Assembly (NCBI RefSeq): GCF_037143375.1
Contig: NZ_JBAWYV010000002.1
Location: 15,064-79,063 of the forward strand
From: Rhodoferax sp.
GTDB taxonomy: Bacteria; Pseudomonadota; Gammaproteobacteria; Burkholderiales; Burkholderiaceae_C
Reading direction: 5' to 3'
Length of the DNA stretch: 64,000 nt
Part shown: in pieces, positions 18,302 to 30,064 of the stretch
Layout of the letters: the number at the start of each line of letters is the position of its first letter
How positions within the stretch are numbered: position 1 is the stretch's first letter
Notes under the pieces: generated by a model
Told to the model about the DNA's origin: nothing
Seen by the model: only the letters and a program-made list of their open reading frames with translations
Databases searched by the model: none
Translations under genes and position numbers: made by a program

Positions 18302-19342
18302 CTAATCTTGCCAAAGTTGGGCCAGTGCTTCCAGTTGCTGCAATTCGTCTAGCAGCGTTGTCGGCACCGACCAGTCATGCAGGCGACACAGGGACTGGAT
18401 GCGCAGTCGCCAATCATGCCGCTCCAGGGTGTTACGCACATTGCTGCGGCGCTGCTGTTGTAACTCGCCCTCGTTTTGCAACAGGCTTTGCAGTTCATGT
18501 ACCGCCTCTTCGGGAACAGCGGAGAGCTCAATAGTGCTGCCCGGCCAATCCAGCATCTCATCGGCCATGCGCGAAACCGGGCGACGCCCGGCCACCACAC
18601 AACCCGAGAGCAATGACTCAAGCCAGCGGCTGGTCACCATCATGGAGCGTGGACGTCCGCCCTGCGGCTCGATGAGCAGATGAAAAGCCAACGAGACACG
18701 CGTGCGGTGCAGCAATTTGAACAGCATGGCCCGCTCCACCTGCACTGTGGGACCGGACAAATTACCCAACGGCGAGTGCAGGTACAAATAGGGCGAGTCC
18801 ATGCGGTGGAAGGACTGGGTTAGAGCGCGTTGATAGCTAGGCGGCGTTCTACCAAAAGACATGACATCAATCTCTCGCGCAAAGGCCTGGCGTGGTGCCC
18901 ACTGCAAGGCATCAGTGCCTTGGTGAAGTTGGTGTACCTTGATTCCAAATTTTTGCGCCGGGAAGTCTTGGTCTTCATGGGCGGTCACGGTAATGCTGTC
19001 AAACAAGGCCGTCTCGGCGTAGAAGCCGGCTTGGAAGTAGGTGTCGGTGACAAAGGCATGGATGCGGCTGAACTTGGCGCGCACATTGCGAATGGCATTG
19101 ACCATGGCCAGATCTTCCGGGCCCCGTGCCACCACGAACAGCACATCGCCGCCGGAACATTCCAGCGGGGCAAACTGCAGCTTTTCGCGCCCCGTGATGC
19201 GCCGCAACAGCGAATTGGGCTGAATCGCCGGTGACAGTAGCTCGGCTTGAAAAACGCGCGCCAGAATCAACGCCAATTCGTCAATGGCGGCCCAGCCTGC
19301 ATGGGGCGAACTCTGGCCAGCGTATAGCACGGTCATTTTCAT
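18302..19342 (-). CDS. hypothetical protein, possibly GT-B-like glycosyltransferase
   Basis: 346-aa ORF in the EPS operon, soluble. I recognise only a weak resemblance of SRWLESLLSGCVVAG to the C-terminal GT-B (CgeB-like) motif, so the function call is weak. Confidence 0.6.
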   Translation of the reverse strand: MKMTVLYAGQSSPHAGWAAIDELALILARVFQAELLSPAIQPNSLLRRITGREKLQFAPLECSGGDVLFVVARGPEDLAMVNAIRNVRAKFSRIHAFVTDTYFQAGFYAETALFDSITVTAHEDQDFPAQKFGIKVHQLHQGTDALQWAPRQAFAREIDVMSFGRTPPSYQRALTQSFHRMDSPYLYLHSPLGNLSGPTVQVERAMLFKLLHRTRVSLAFHLLIEPQGGRPRSMMVTSRWLESLLSGCVVAGRRPVSRMADEMLDWPGSTIELSAVPEEAVHELQSLLQNEGELQQQRRSNVRNTLERHDWRLRIQSLCRLHDWSVPTTLLDELQQLEALAQLWQD

Positions 19343-19432
19343 GGGGGGTGTTACCTCTGGGGGGGGAAACCTTCATTCTAAAAATTCACACGCGTGATGT
19401 ATGGTCGATGTGTGAACTCTCACCCCCTGATT

Positions 19433-21388
19433 TCAACGCAGTGAAATGGTATCCAAACGGAAGCCTGTGGTCTCGGTCAAAGTGCGGATACGTAAGGTAT
19501 GAAAACCAGCAGTCAACCGCAGCGTCAGCGATGCCGTCTCCTTCATAGCGCCCCAGCCGGAGGCTACAAGCGCCACCGTGGAGGCCACGCTGCGGCCATC
19601 GACCGCCAGTTGCACACTATTTCCTGACTGCCCGGTTTCGGCTCGCAAGCTCATTTGGTAATCGCGCGCAGCAGGGCTCCACAGCAAATAGTCCAGTGAC
19701 TGCCCTGGATGCAAGTAGCGTAGCCGCAGTCGGGAATCCTTGCTATAGGGCGCATAACTGCCCACATAGTTCATGGCATCCACGCCACCGGGCAACGCAT
19801 TGCGCTGCGGATCATGCGCCATGTACTTCGCACCAAAGTCCTGCAAGCAGCGCAGCTTGGGCGCATTTTGGTCCAGCAGAGACTCACTCAGCTCCCAACT
19901 GCCGTAGCGATGGCGCCAATCGCCAGCCCCGGCCTGAAACCACATGAACAAAGCGCCACCGGTATCGAACCACTTGGCCAGATAGCGCTCGCACAAGGTC
20001 AGCATGCGCGGATCGTGGCTGGCTTGGCGCTTGGCGTCCAGGCTGCCCGAGCCAAAGGTGTCGGAGCCGCCCTCATAGGCCAACAGGGGCAAGCCATACC
20101 AGCGCGCTAGTGCCACATTGGTTTCCAGTGAGTTCTGACGTTCCAACCGGTCAACCGACGCACCCATGGCGGTCAATACCTGGTCGGCTGAGAGTTGATC
20201 CTCGGTCTGGCTGGCACCCAGATTGAAGTACGGGGCCACGGCCACGCCAAAGAGGTAATCCGCAGGCGGGCCGTAAGCCGCTTCGATAAAACGCAGTTGC
20301 AATTGCAGGATGGAAGGCTGCACCACCTGTGCCGCCAGCACCGGACGGACACGCTGCGCGTACGCCTGCGGCCCATAAACATCACGAAAAATGGCGGCCA
20401 TCTCCAGCAAGCGCTTGGCCGTGCGGCGAAAGGCCATTCGGTTGATATCGGTCTCGCCACCCAGGCGCAGCTTGCTTGATTCATTGGCGGCAAGCTCCTC
20501 GCGTGCAAGTTGCAGGTTCTTGTGAAACTGACCAAAGCCAGGGTTCCAGACTTCATTGCTGTATTCCAGATAAACATGCAGCCCGGGCTTGAGTAGGGAT
20601 TTGCACAGCATCGCCAGTTGCCGTGTGTAGTCGTCATCGGCTTCCACTGGCAGGTTGATCCAGAGGTCCGAGGAATTCGTGTTGGACAGTTCCAGCACCC
20701 GCTCCCAAGGCACGCCGGCAGCGCTGAGGAAATGCGTGGTTCCCGGATCGGCACGCTGTGCCCATGTGCGAACCGTGCTTCCATTGGTGCGCAACCAGTC
20801 CATGAAGCGCAGCGTTTTGAAGGGTGCAATGTGCTGCAGGAACAGTCGGGTGAAGTGCGGTGGATGCTGTGCGTCATAGCCGGGGCGAATCACACGCAGG
20901 GCCTTGATGCCTTGGCCCGTGCCCATAAAACGCAGCATCAGCTGTTCAGCACCAGGGGGCATCTCCACGTCAAGCGTGCTGTGGTTTTTGTGAGCGTCAT
21001 AGGCTGCATTGCGAACCACTGCGGGGGATGCCACCACCTCCACGCGCGCACGGCCGATAAAGCTGACGGCGTATTTACCCGCCGTACCTGGCACATGCCC
21101 CTGACCGACCATCAACACTACGCCAAAGTCACCTACCGGCCAGCCATCAACGCCGAGCACAGCTTTCTCGTCCCAGGGGGTCTCTGCAGAGCCAAAGCGG
21201 CGCGCTTGTTCCATCAGGTTTACAAACACCGGTGTCTGAGAGTAGTCCGACACCGGCGCCAGATTGGCGCCCAGTGCAGGTGACGCGACCGTTGGCGCCC
21301 TCAGTGCGCGTGTTTTTGGAGCGGCTGAGCATGCCAGCAGCAGCGCAAGGAAAAACACCCCTAGTTTTGCCAACACTGCGGCTTTCAC
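19433..21388 (-). CDS. secreted lipoprotein, clan GH-A-like glycoside hydrolase with C-terminal beta-rich (CBM-like) module
   Basis: 651-aa ORF. GTG start overlaps the stop of the upstream gene (GTGA). Signal peptide plus lipobox ALLLAC. LEYSNEVWN resembles the NE acid/base motif of TIM-barrel clan GH-A enzymes. The last ~120 aa are beta-strand-like (SVQLAVDGRSV, LTLRLTAGFHTLRI). Confidence 0.6.
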   Translation of the reverse strand: MKAAVLAKLGVFFLALLLACSAAPKTRALRAPTVASPALGANLAPVSDYSQTPVFVNLMEQARRFGSAETPWDEKAVLGVDGWPVGDFGVVLMVGQGHVPGTAGKYAVSFIGRARVEVVASPAVVRNAAYDAHKNHSTLDVEMPPGAEQLMLRFMGTGQGIKALRVIRPGYDAQHPPHFTRLFLQHIAPFKTLRFMDWLRTNGSTVRTWAQRADPGTTHFLSAAGVPWERVLELSNTNSSDLWINLPVEADDDYTRQLAMLCKSLLKPGLHVYLEYSNEVWNPGFGQFHKNLQLAREELAANESSKLRLGGETDINRMAFRRTAKRLLEMAAIFRDVYGPQAYAQRVRPVLAAQVVQPSILQLQLRFIEAAYGPPADYLFGVAVAPYFNLGASQTEDQLSADQVLTAMGASVDRLERQNSLETNVALARWYGLPLLAYEGGSDTFGSGSLDAKRQASHDPRMLTLCERYLAKWFDTGGALFMWFQAGAGDWRHRYGSWELSESLLDQNAPKLRCLQDFGAKYMAHDPQRNALPGGVDAMNYVGSYAPYSKDSRLRLRYLHPGQSLDYLLWSPAARDYQMSLRAETGQSGNSVQLAVDGRSVASTVALVASGWGAMKETASLTLRLTAGFHTLRIRTLTETTGFRLDTISLR

Positions 21389-21807
21389 GATCGCGTCGGA
21401 GCTGGCGCCTCAACCTCGTACAACTCCAGCGGAAGTTGATCGGGGTCCTGGAAGAAGACAAAGCGCTTGCCGGTATATTCATCCAGGCGTATGGGCTCGA
21501 CTGCGACACCAAGGCCGTTCAGATGCTCAACCCAGGTTTGCAGGTCAAGGACGGCAAAGGCCAGGTGACGAAGTCCGCACGCTTCTGGATACGATGGCCG
21601 CTGCGGGGCCTGAGGCATTGAAAACAGCTCGATTTGGCTGCCATCGGGCAGTTGCAGGTCGAGCTTCCAGGAATCACGTGCTGCGCGGAAGTTCTCCGCC
21701 AGCACAAGCAAACCCAACACTTCGGTATAAAAGTGCCTTGAGACAGCATAGTCTGAGCAGATGATGGCGGCGTGATGAATGCGCAGCAATTGCGGTATCT
21801 GGCTCAT
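21385..21807 (-). CDS. VOC family protein (glyoxalase/bleomycin resistance/dioxygenase fold)
   Basis: ORF 21385..21840, with Met12 (MSQIPQLL, ATG 21807) preferred. IHHAAIICSDYAVSRHFYTEVLGL and GLRHLAFAV are typical VOC motifs. Confidence 0.75.
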   Translation of the reverse strand: MSQIPQLLRIHHAAIICSDYAVSRHFYTEVLGLLVLAENFRAARDSWKLDLQLPDGSQIELFSMPQAPQRPSYPEACGLRHLAFAVLDLQTWVEHLNGLGVAVEPIRLDEYTGKRFVFFQDPDQLPLELYEVEAPAPTRS

Positions 21808-21964
21808 GTGGGCACACGTCTGTAAATTTCGACAGGGCAAAAGTTGTCAACGTCACCCCGAGCGTTGACCGATTGCATCCTAATCAGGTGCGCCACCCCC
21901 TGCCCGGTTACCAATATGATTCTTTTACCCATGTCTTTGCTTTGTTGGCCTAGCTGTAGTCGCT

Positions 21965-22651
21965 TCAGGCAAAGTTGCGGGTGCGCTGCACATCCAGCAC
22001 CAGTGAATCAAACTCGCTTGGTGCGCCATTTTCAAAATTCAAACCAATGGAATAGACGCCCTTGCGCGAAGTGATATGGGCCACACGCAATTGACCAAGT
22101 TGCACGCGGTGATCACTGGACTGCAGGATGGCGGCATCGGTCATGCTGCCCTGCTCCGGCGGTGGGCTGTCTGCGCACCGCTCCCACTCGACTGCAAGAC
22201 CGCCACGGCTGATGTTCTGCACCCTACAGACCACGTCATTGAGATGCGGATCGAGCGCGCAGAAATGTAGAAAATGTCCGGCAGGTGCCGCGCAACGATC
22301 ACTTCCCCGCGATTGCGAAACATCAATACAGCTTGGCAGGCTCAGCTTAAAACCGTCTTGAACACCCGCATCGGCCCACATCTGACCGGAGGCCAGAAAG
22401 TTGGCCCCCTTGGGAGTGGTGCCTATGACAGCGTAGGAAATATCTGCATCCTGCTTGAAATCATGAACACCGCCGCAGACCACATGGATGGCGGTGTTGG
22501 TTGCGTCAAAATTTGATATCCGTGCGGGCCGGTGGCCGCCCCCAGCGCCGCACATCAGCAAGAGCGGAATATCTTGCTGATGGTGCCAATCGATGTGGCG
22601 ACGAATCTCCACAGGAGAGGTAACCTGGGTGAGTAGTTCGGAGGTATTCAT
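21965..22651 (-). CDS. PilZ domain c-di-GMP receptor (YcgR-like two-domain protein)
   Basis: 228-aa ORF. The C-terminal half carries both PilZ signatures: RxxxR (RGSDR) and (D/N)xSxxG (NISRGG). The N-terminal half has the size of a YcgR-N domain. Confidence 0.75.
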   Translation of the reverse strand: MNTSELLTQVTSPVEIRRHIDWHHQQDIPLLLMCGAGGGHRPARISNFDATNTAIHVVCGGVHDFKQDADISYAVIGTTPKGANFLASGQMWADAGVQDGFKLSLPSCIDVSQSRGSDRCAAPAGHFLHFCALDPHLNDVVCRVQNISRGGLAVEWERCADSPPPEQGSMTDAAILQSSDHRVQLGQLRVAHITSRKGVYSIGLNFENGAPSEFDSLVLDVQRTRNFA

Positions 22652-22778
22652 GGATGCTGTGTATGCTGCGCGTAATGTCGGTATGGACAGAGAATACGTG
22701 GCAAGGCATAAACAAGTGTGGTGTAAATGTGAACTCGCACAGACAACAGGTTTGCCAAATTGACAAAGGAATACTGAA

Positions 22779-23462
22779 ATGCATATTGGCGTATTGGAAG
22801 ACGATCCGGATCAACAAGCCTTGATGGATTTGTGGCTGCGCAGCGCGCAGCACAGTGTGGAGATGTTTGGCACCGTAGCCGACATGCTGGCGGCCCTCAA
22901 AGGAGGAAGTTTCGACGCACTGCTGCTGGACTGGATGCTGCCCGATGGCAATGGCGGCGAAATTCTGCGCTGGGTGCGTCAAAGTCTGGGCTGGAAACTT
23001 GCGATTGTGGTGCTGACCTCGCGCGACGACGAGCAGACCGTGGTTGATGCCTTGCAGGCCGGTGCCGATGACTTTGTGGTCAAACCAGCCAAGCAGCAGG
23101 AACTCAATGCCCGTCTTTTATCTGCCGCGCGCCGCGCCAGCCCAGGCGGATTGCCTGTCATGCGCATGGGGGCCTACGAGATCGATGTGCCCAAGCACAC
23201 CCTGCTACTCAACGGCACGCCTGTCACGCTGACGCAAAAGGAATTTGATCTCTCGGTGTATCTGTTTCAGAACCCGGCCAAGCTCATGTCGCGCGACCAC
23301 TTGCTCGACCGTATCTGGGGCATCAGCAGCGAAGTGGATTCACGCACTGTCGACACCCACGTCAGCCGCATCCGCAAAAAGCTCAAGCTCGACGGCAACA
23401 TGGGCTGGAAAATGGTGCCGGTCTACGGCTATGGCTACCGACTGGAGCGCGTGGACCTTTAG
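22779..23462 (+). CDS. OmpR-family response regulator (REC plus winged helix)
   Basis: 227-aa ORF with MHIGVLEDDPD and LLLDWMLPDGNG. C-terminal LTQKEFDLSVYLFQNP...VDTHVSRIRKKL. No adjacent cognate kinase. Confidence 0.9.
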   Translation: MHIGVLEDDPDQQALMDLWLRSAQHSVEMFGTVADMLAALKGGSFDALLLDWMLPDGNGGEILRWVRQSLGWKLAIVVLTSRDDEQTVVDALQAGADDFVVKPAKQQELNARLLSAARRASPGGLPVMRMGAYEIDVPKHTLLLNGTPVTLTQKEFDLSVYLFQNPAKLMSRDHLLDRIWGISSEVDSRTVDTHVSRIRKKLKLDGNMGWKMVPVYGYGYRLERVDL

Positions 23463-23797
23463 CTAAACGAAGCCACTGCGCCTTCGGCTGTCTCGTGAAT
23501 GCTGAAGACGCGGTGCATGCGCATCAGTTCAAACAAAGCCAACACGGAACGTGACATATTGCTCAAACGAAAATCGCCCTTGCGGCCGTTGGTGTCACGC
23601 AGGCAGGAGATCAGAGCCCCCAAGCCCGAGCTGTCGACAAATTTGAGACTGGACATATCCAGCACAACGCGGGTCTTGTCCTTGATCAGCTTTTGCATGC
23701 CTTCGCGAAAGTCGCGCACGTTGCTGGCATCGAGATTGTCTTCTTGGATTTGAATGACCAAAACGTCATCGCCTTGAATTTGATTGAGTAGTTCCAC
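23459..23797 (-). CDS. STAS-domain anti-sigma-factor antagonist (SpoIIAA/HsbA-like)
   Basis: 112-aa ORF with LDMSSLKFVDSSGLGALIS, which contains the conserved phosphorylatable serine motif DSSGLG. Its stop overlaps the convergent OmpR-type gene stop. Confidence 0.85.
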   Translation of the reverse strand: MELLNQIQGDDVLVIQIQEDNLDASNVRDFREGMQKLIKDKTRVVLDMSSLKFVDSSGLGALISCLRDTNGRKGDFRLSNMSRSVLALFELMRMHRVFSIHETAEGAVASFS

Positions 23798-23907
23798 GCT
23801 GTGCTCCTGGTGTCTGCGAATGGGTTTGCTTACTGCAGATTAGACGTTGAATTCGGCACCAACTGTGTCTGAATTGTTGCAGTCAACCGGAGGATGGGTC
23901 TGATGAA

Positions 23908-25949
23908 TTACGCCAGCACACTTGCAACAGTTTGTGAGTCATAGAACCGAACCCGGTTGCGGCCCTGCGCCTTGGCTTGGTACATGGCGCTGTCGGCGCG
24001 CATCAGTATCTCGTCCTGGCTATCTTCACTGTGAGTGAAAAGGGTCACGCCCATGCTCGTTGTGCAGCGGTGCTCAACTGCGACTGCGTCGGCACCCATG
24101 TTCGCCATGCCTAGAACGTAGGGTTCAGCCAAAGCAACTCGAATTTTCTCGGCAATGACGCCGGCCTGCGCCATCGACTCTTCACGGCTGAGCGACAGTT
24201 CATCCAGCAGCACCACGAACTCATCACCGCCAAAACGGGCCACGGTATCGATCTCGCGCACACAGGCCTTGAGTCGCGCTGCCATCGCTGTCAGCAACAG
24301 ATCCCCCGCCGAGTGCCCATGCTGGTCGTTGAGTGGCTTGAAATTATCCAGATCCAGAAACATCAGCGCGCTATAAAAGCCACTGCGCTTGCTCGCTAAC
24401 AGGGCCTGGCTCAGGCGATCTTTGAGCAGTCGACGATTGGCCAATTGCGTCAGCGGGTCATAGAACGCCAGTTGGTGCACCTGCAGCTCCATGCGTTTGC
24501 GCTCGACAATATCGGCTTCGAGTTTGCGCTGGGTGCGCTTCAGTTCCTCAGCTTGCAACTCCAGTTCGACTTGGTACACACGCAGTTCATACAAGACCTG
24601 CTGCGCTTTATCGGGCGACAGGAAGCGGTCACTGCGCGAGGCTTCTGTCAGAAAGTTGCGTGCCACCGCCTCTGCCCGCCGGTGCAGTGTCTGGGCCGCA
24701 GTTTCCTTGGTTCTCAGTGAGCGCGTCAAAGGAACGACGTGACTGGGCCACTCGACAATGATGGCGGTTTTATCGTCCTGCACCGGTGCGCCACTGGTAA
24801 AGCGCCTGAGCGACTGCTGAAGGGACTCGAGCAACGTAAACGGCACCAGCGCTGCCGCTTTGCCGGTCTCGAAGGCGTTGATCAAACGCGCCTGTCCGAA
24901 CTGTTCACCCTCGGGGTTTCTGGCCTCGGTGATGCCGTCGGAGTACACCAGCAGGCTGTCGCCGGGGCCAATCGGGACGCAGATCTCGACATAAACCTCA
25001 TCGGCCAGAATGCCGATGGGCAGGTTCGTACCCTCAATGCTCAGCACTTGGCCTTGAGTCGCCGAGCGCAACAGGCCTGGGGTGTGCCCCGCGTTCACGT
25101 AGGTGAGCGTGCCGGCCTCCAGATCAAAGCGGTACAAAGCCAGCGTGACATAGGTGGAAAGCTCGGCCAGACGCGGCGTCAACACCCGGTGCAACTGATT
25201 GACAATTTCCTCAGGCGTGGGTAGCAAAGTTCCAAACGACTTGACGATCTGTAAGTCGGCCAGCACCTGCTGGTAGGCCGACCTGATCCCGGCGCCAATG
25301 AGCGCCGCACTGACGCCCTTGCCCATGACGTCGCCCACCAGCACCTCAAAGCTGTTGGTGTGAATCCGGCGGATGTCTGAGAAATCGCCATCCACCACTT
25401 GAGAGGGTTGACTGAAACTGCTGATGTTGGCACCCTCAATGCCTTTGGGAATCACGCCTTGCAGTAAGGTGCGTTGGATGACATTGCCAAATTCGAGTTC
25501 CCGCTGGCGTGATGCCTGTAAAAGATCGCTGGCCTGCTTGAGTTCATTGAACTGGGCCTGGATCACATTGCGCAGTCCCTCCCGCTCGAGCAGGTTGCGA
25601 ATCCTTCGTTGGGCTGTCACAACGTTAATTGGTTTGGTGATGTAGTCGGCTGCTCCCAACTCAAGCCCAAAACTCTCGTCTTGAGCATCACCGAGCGCGG
25701 TCAGAAAGATGACGGGGATATCTTGCAATTGATGAGCGCCCTTGATGCGCCGGCAGACCTCAAAACCGTCCATCTCCGGCATCATCACGTCCAGCAGGAT
25801 CAGGTCAGGCGTCGACTGACTGGCATAGTCCAGGCCCCGCGCGCCAGAGGTGGCAATCTGCAGATCGAAATCATCTTTCAATGCCGCAATCAGTAGTTCT
25901 AAATTTTCTGGCACATCGTCGATCACCAATATTTTTGGTCTTGATAGGG

Positions 25950-25953
<4 letters not shown>
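23908..25953 (-). CDS. receiver - PP2C/SpoIIE phosphatase - coiled coil - GGDEF diguanylate cyclase
   Basis: ORF 23908..25968. Met6 (MTLSRPKILVIDD, ATG 25953) overlaps the upstream kinase stop as ATGA. Receiver LILLDVMMPEMDGFE. PP2C block GDFSDIRR, LVGDVMGKGVSAA, YSDGITE. Coiled-coil stretch QVELELQAEELKRTQRKLEADIVERKRMELQ. GGDEF domain with intact RFGGDEF and an RxxD I-site (REID, 5 residues upstream). Confidence 0.9.
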
Positions 25954-29372
<3,419 letters not shown>

Positions 29373-29376
29373 GGTT

Positions 29377-29646
29377 TCAAGCTATCCGACGTACAAGACC
29401 TTGACTCTGGACGTCAAAGTACAGGTCCATGATTGCATCGTTGGTGTGAGGGTGGCTGAAATGGCCGTCGGATTGCATCCGATTTTGAAAAACCTTGACC
29501 GATGCCCGGATGGTTATTTTTTGAAGACTAAACATTGACCCAGTCCGAATCTGTTGTACGTCCAAGGGACGACTGAGTGCTGAACGAGTAAATCGCTCAT
29601 ACACGGGTTGCAACAAAGGCGTGTTCTGGGCCTCTAGGTACTGCAA
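29377..29646 (-). CDS. hypothetical small protein
   Basis: 89-aa ORF ending 5 nt before the kinase start codon. No recognisable motif. It lies in an AT-richer stretch. Confidence 0.3.
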   Translation of the reverse strand: MQYLEAQNTPLLQPVYERFTRSALSRPLDVQQIRTGSMFSLQKITIRASVKVFQNRMQSDGHFSHPHTNDAIMDLYFDVQSQGLVRRIA

Positions 29647-29710
29647 CCGGGGGCACGGGTTAGCTGGTTATTCTTTTATTATCCCGTCAATAGATGAATT
29701 TATACGAATT

Positions 29711-29730
29711 TCGTTAAATTTCGTTAAATT
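29711..29730. repeat. perfect 10-bp tandem duplication TCGTTAAATT x2 in an AT-rich intergenic region
   Basis: Read directly: aatt tcgttaaatt tcgttaaatt attt. Confidence 0.7.
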
Positions 29731-30064
29731 ATTTAACAGCATAGCGGTGACTTCACTGCAACTTACCCGTACTTTTGAGCGCAGTGACTTTTTGGCGGCA
29801 GGTTAATAGCAGCCAGGACACTCTACATGTCTATCGTCGTCAATGCGGCGAACGTACGCCTCACCCTTTAAGGTACTTTCGGGTCAAGTTTGAGAAGTGG
29901 CGCTAAATGGCATTGCAAGAGGGTCTTGCAAAGAGCGCAGGAGGTGTGTCAGCGGGTGCCTTAACGGCAGAGGTGTCGGGAAGTGTTGAAGTTCCACGCA
30001 CGGGTGCGACGGTCTATGGGTTCACCGACTACTTACCGCCATTATTAAGAAAATGGACGATTGC

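Noticed and set aside
21846-21869. Inverted repeat GTCAACG-N10-CGTTGAC between the PilZ gene and the VOC gene, as a possible terminator or operator.
   Set aside because: The 7-bp stem has a 10-nt loop and only a weak T-run on the minus strand. That is too weak to call without transcript data.
29711-29730. Possible CRISPR or other array, suggested by the tandem TCGTTAAATT repeat.
   Set aside because: There are only two 10-bp units with no spacers, and no cas genes occur anywhere in the window.
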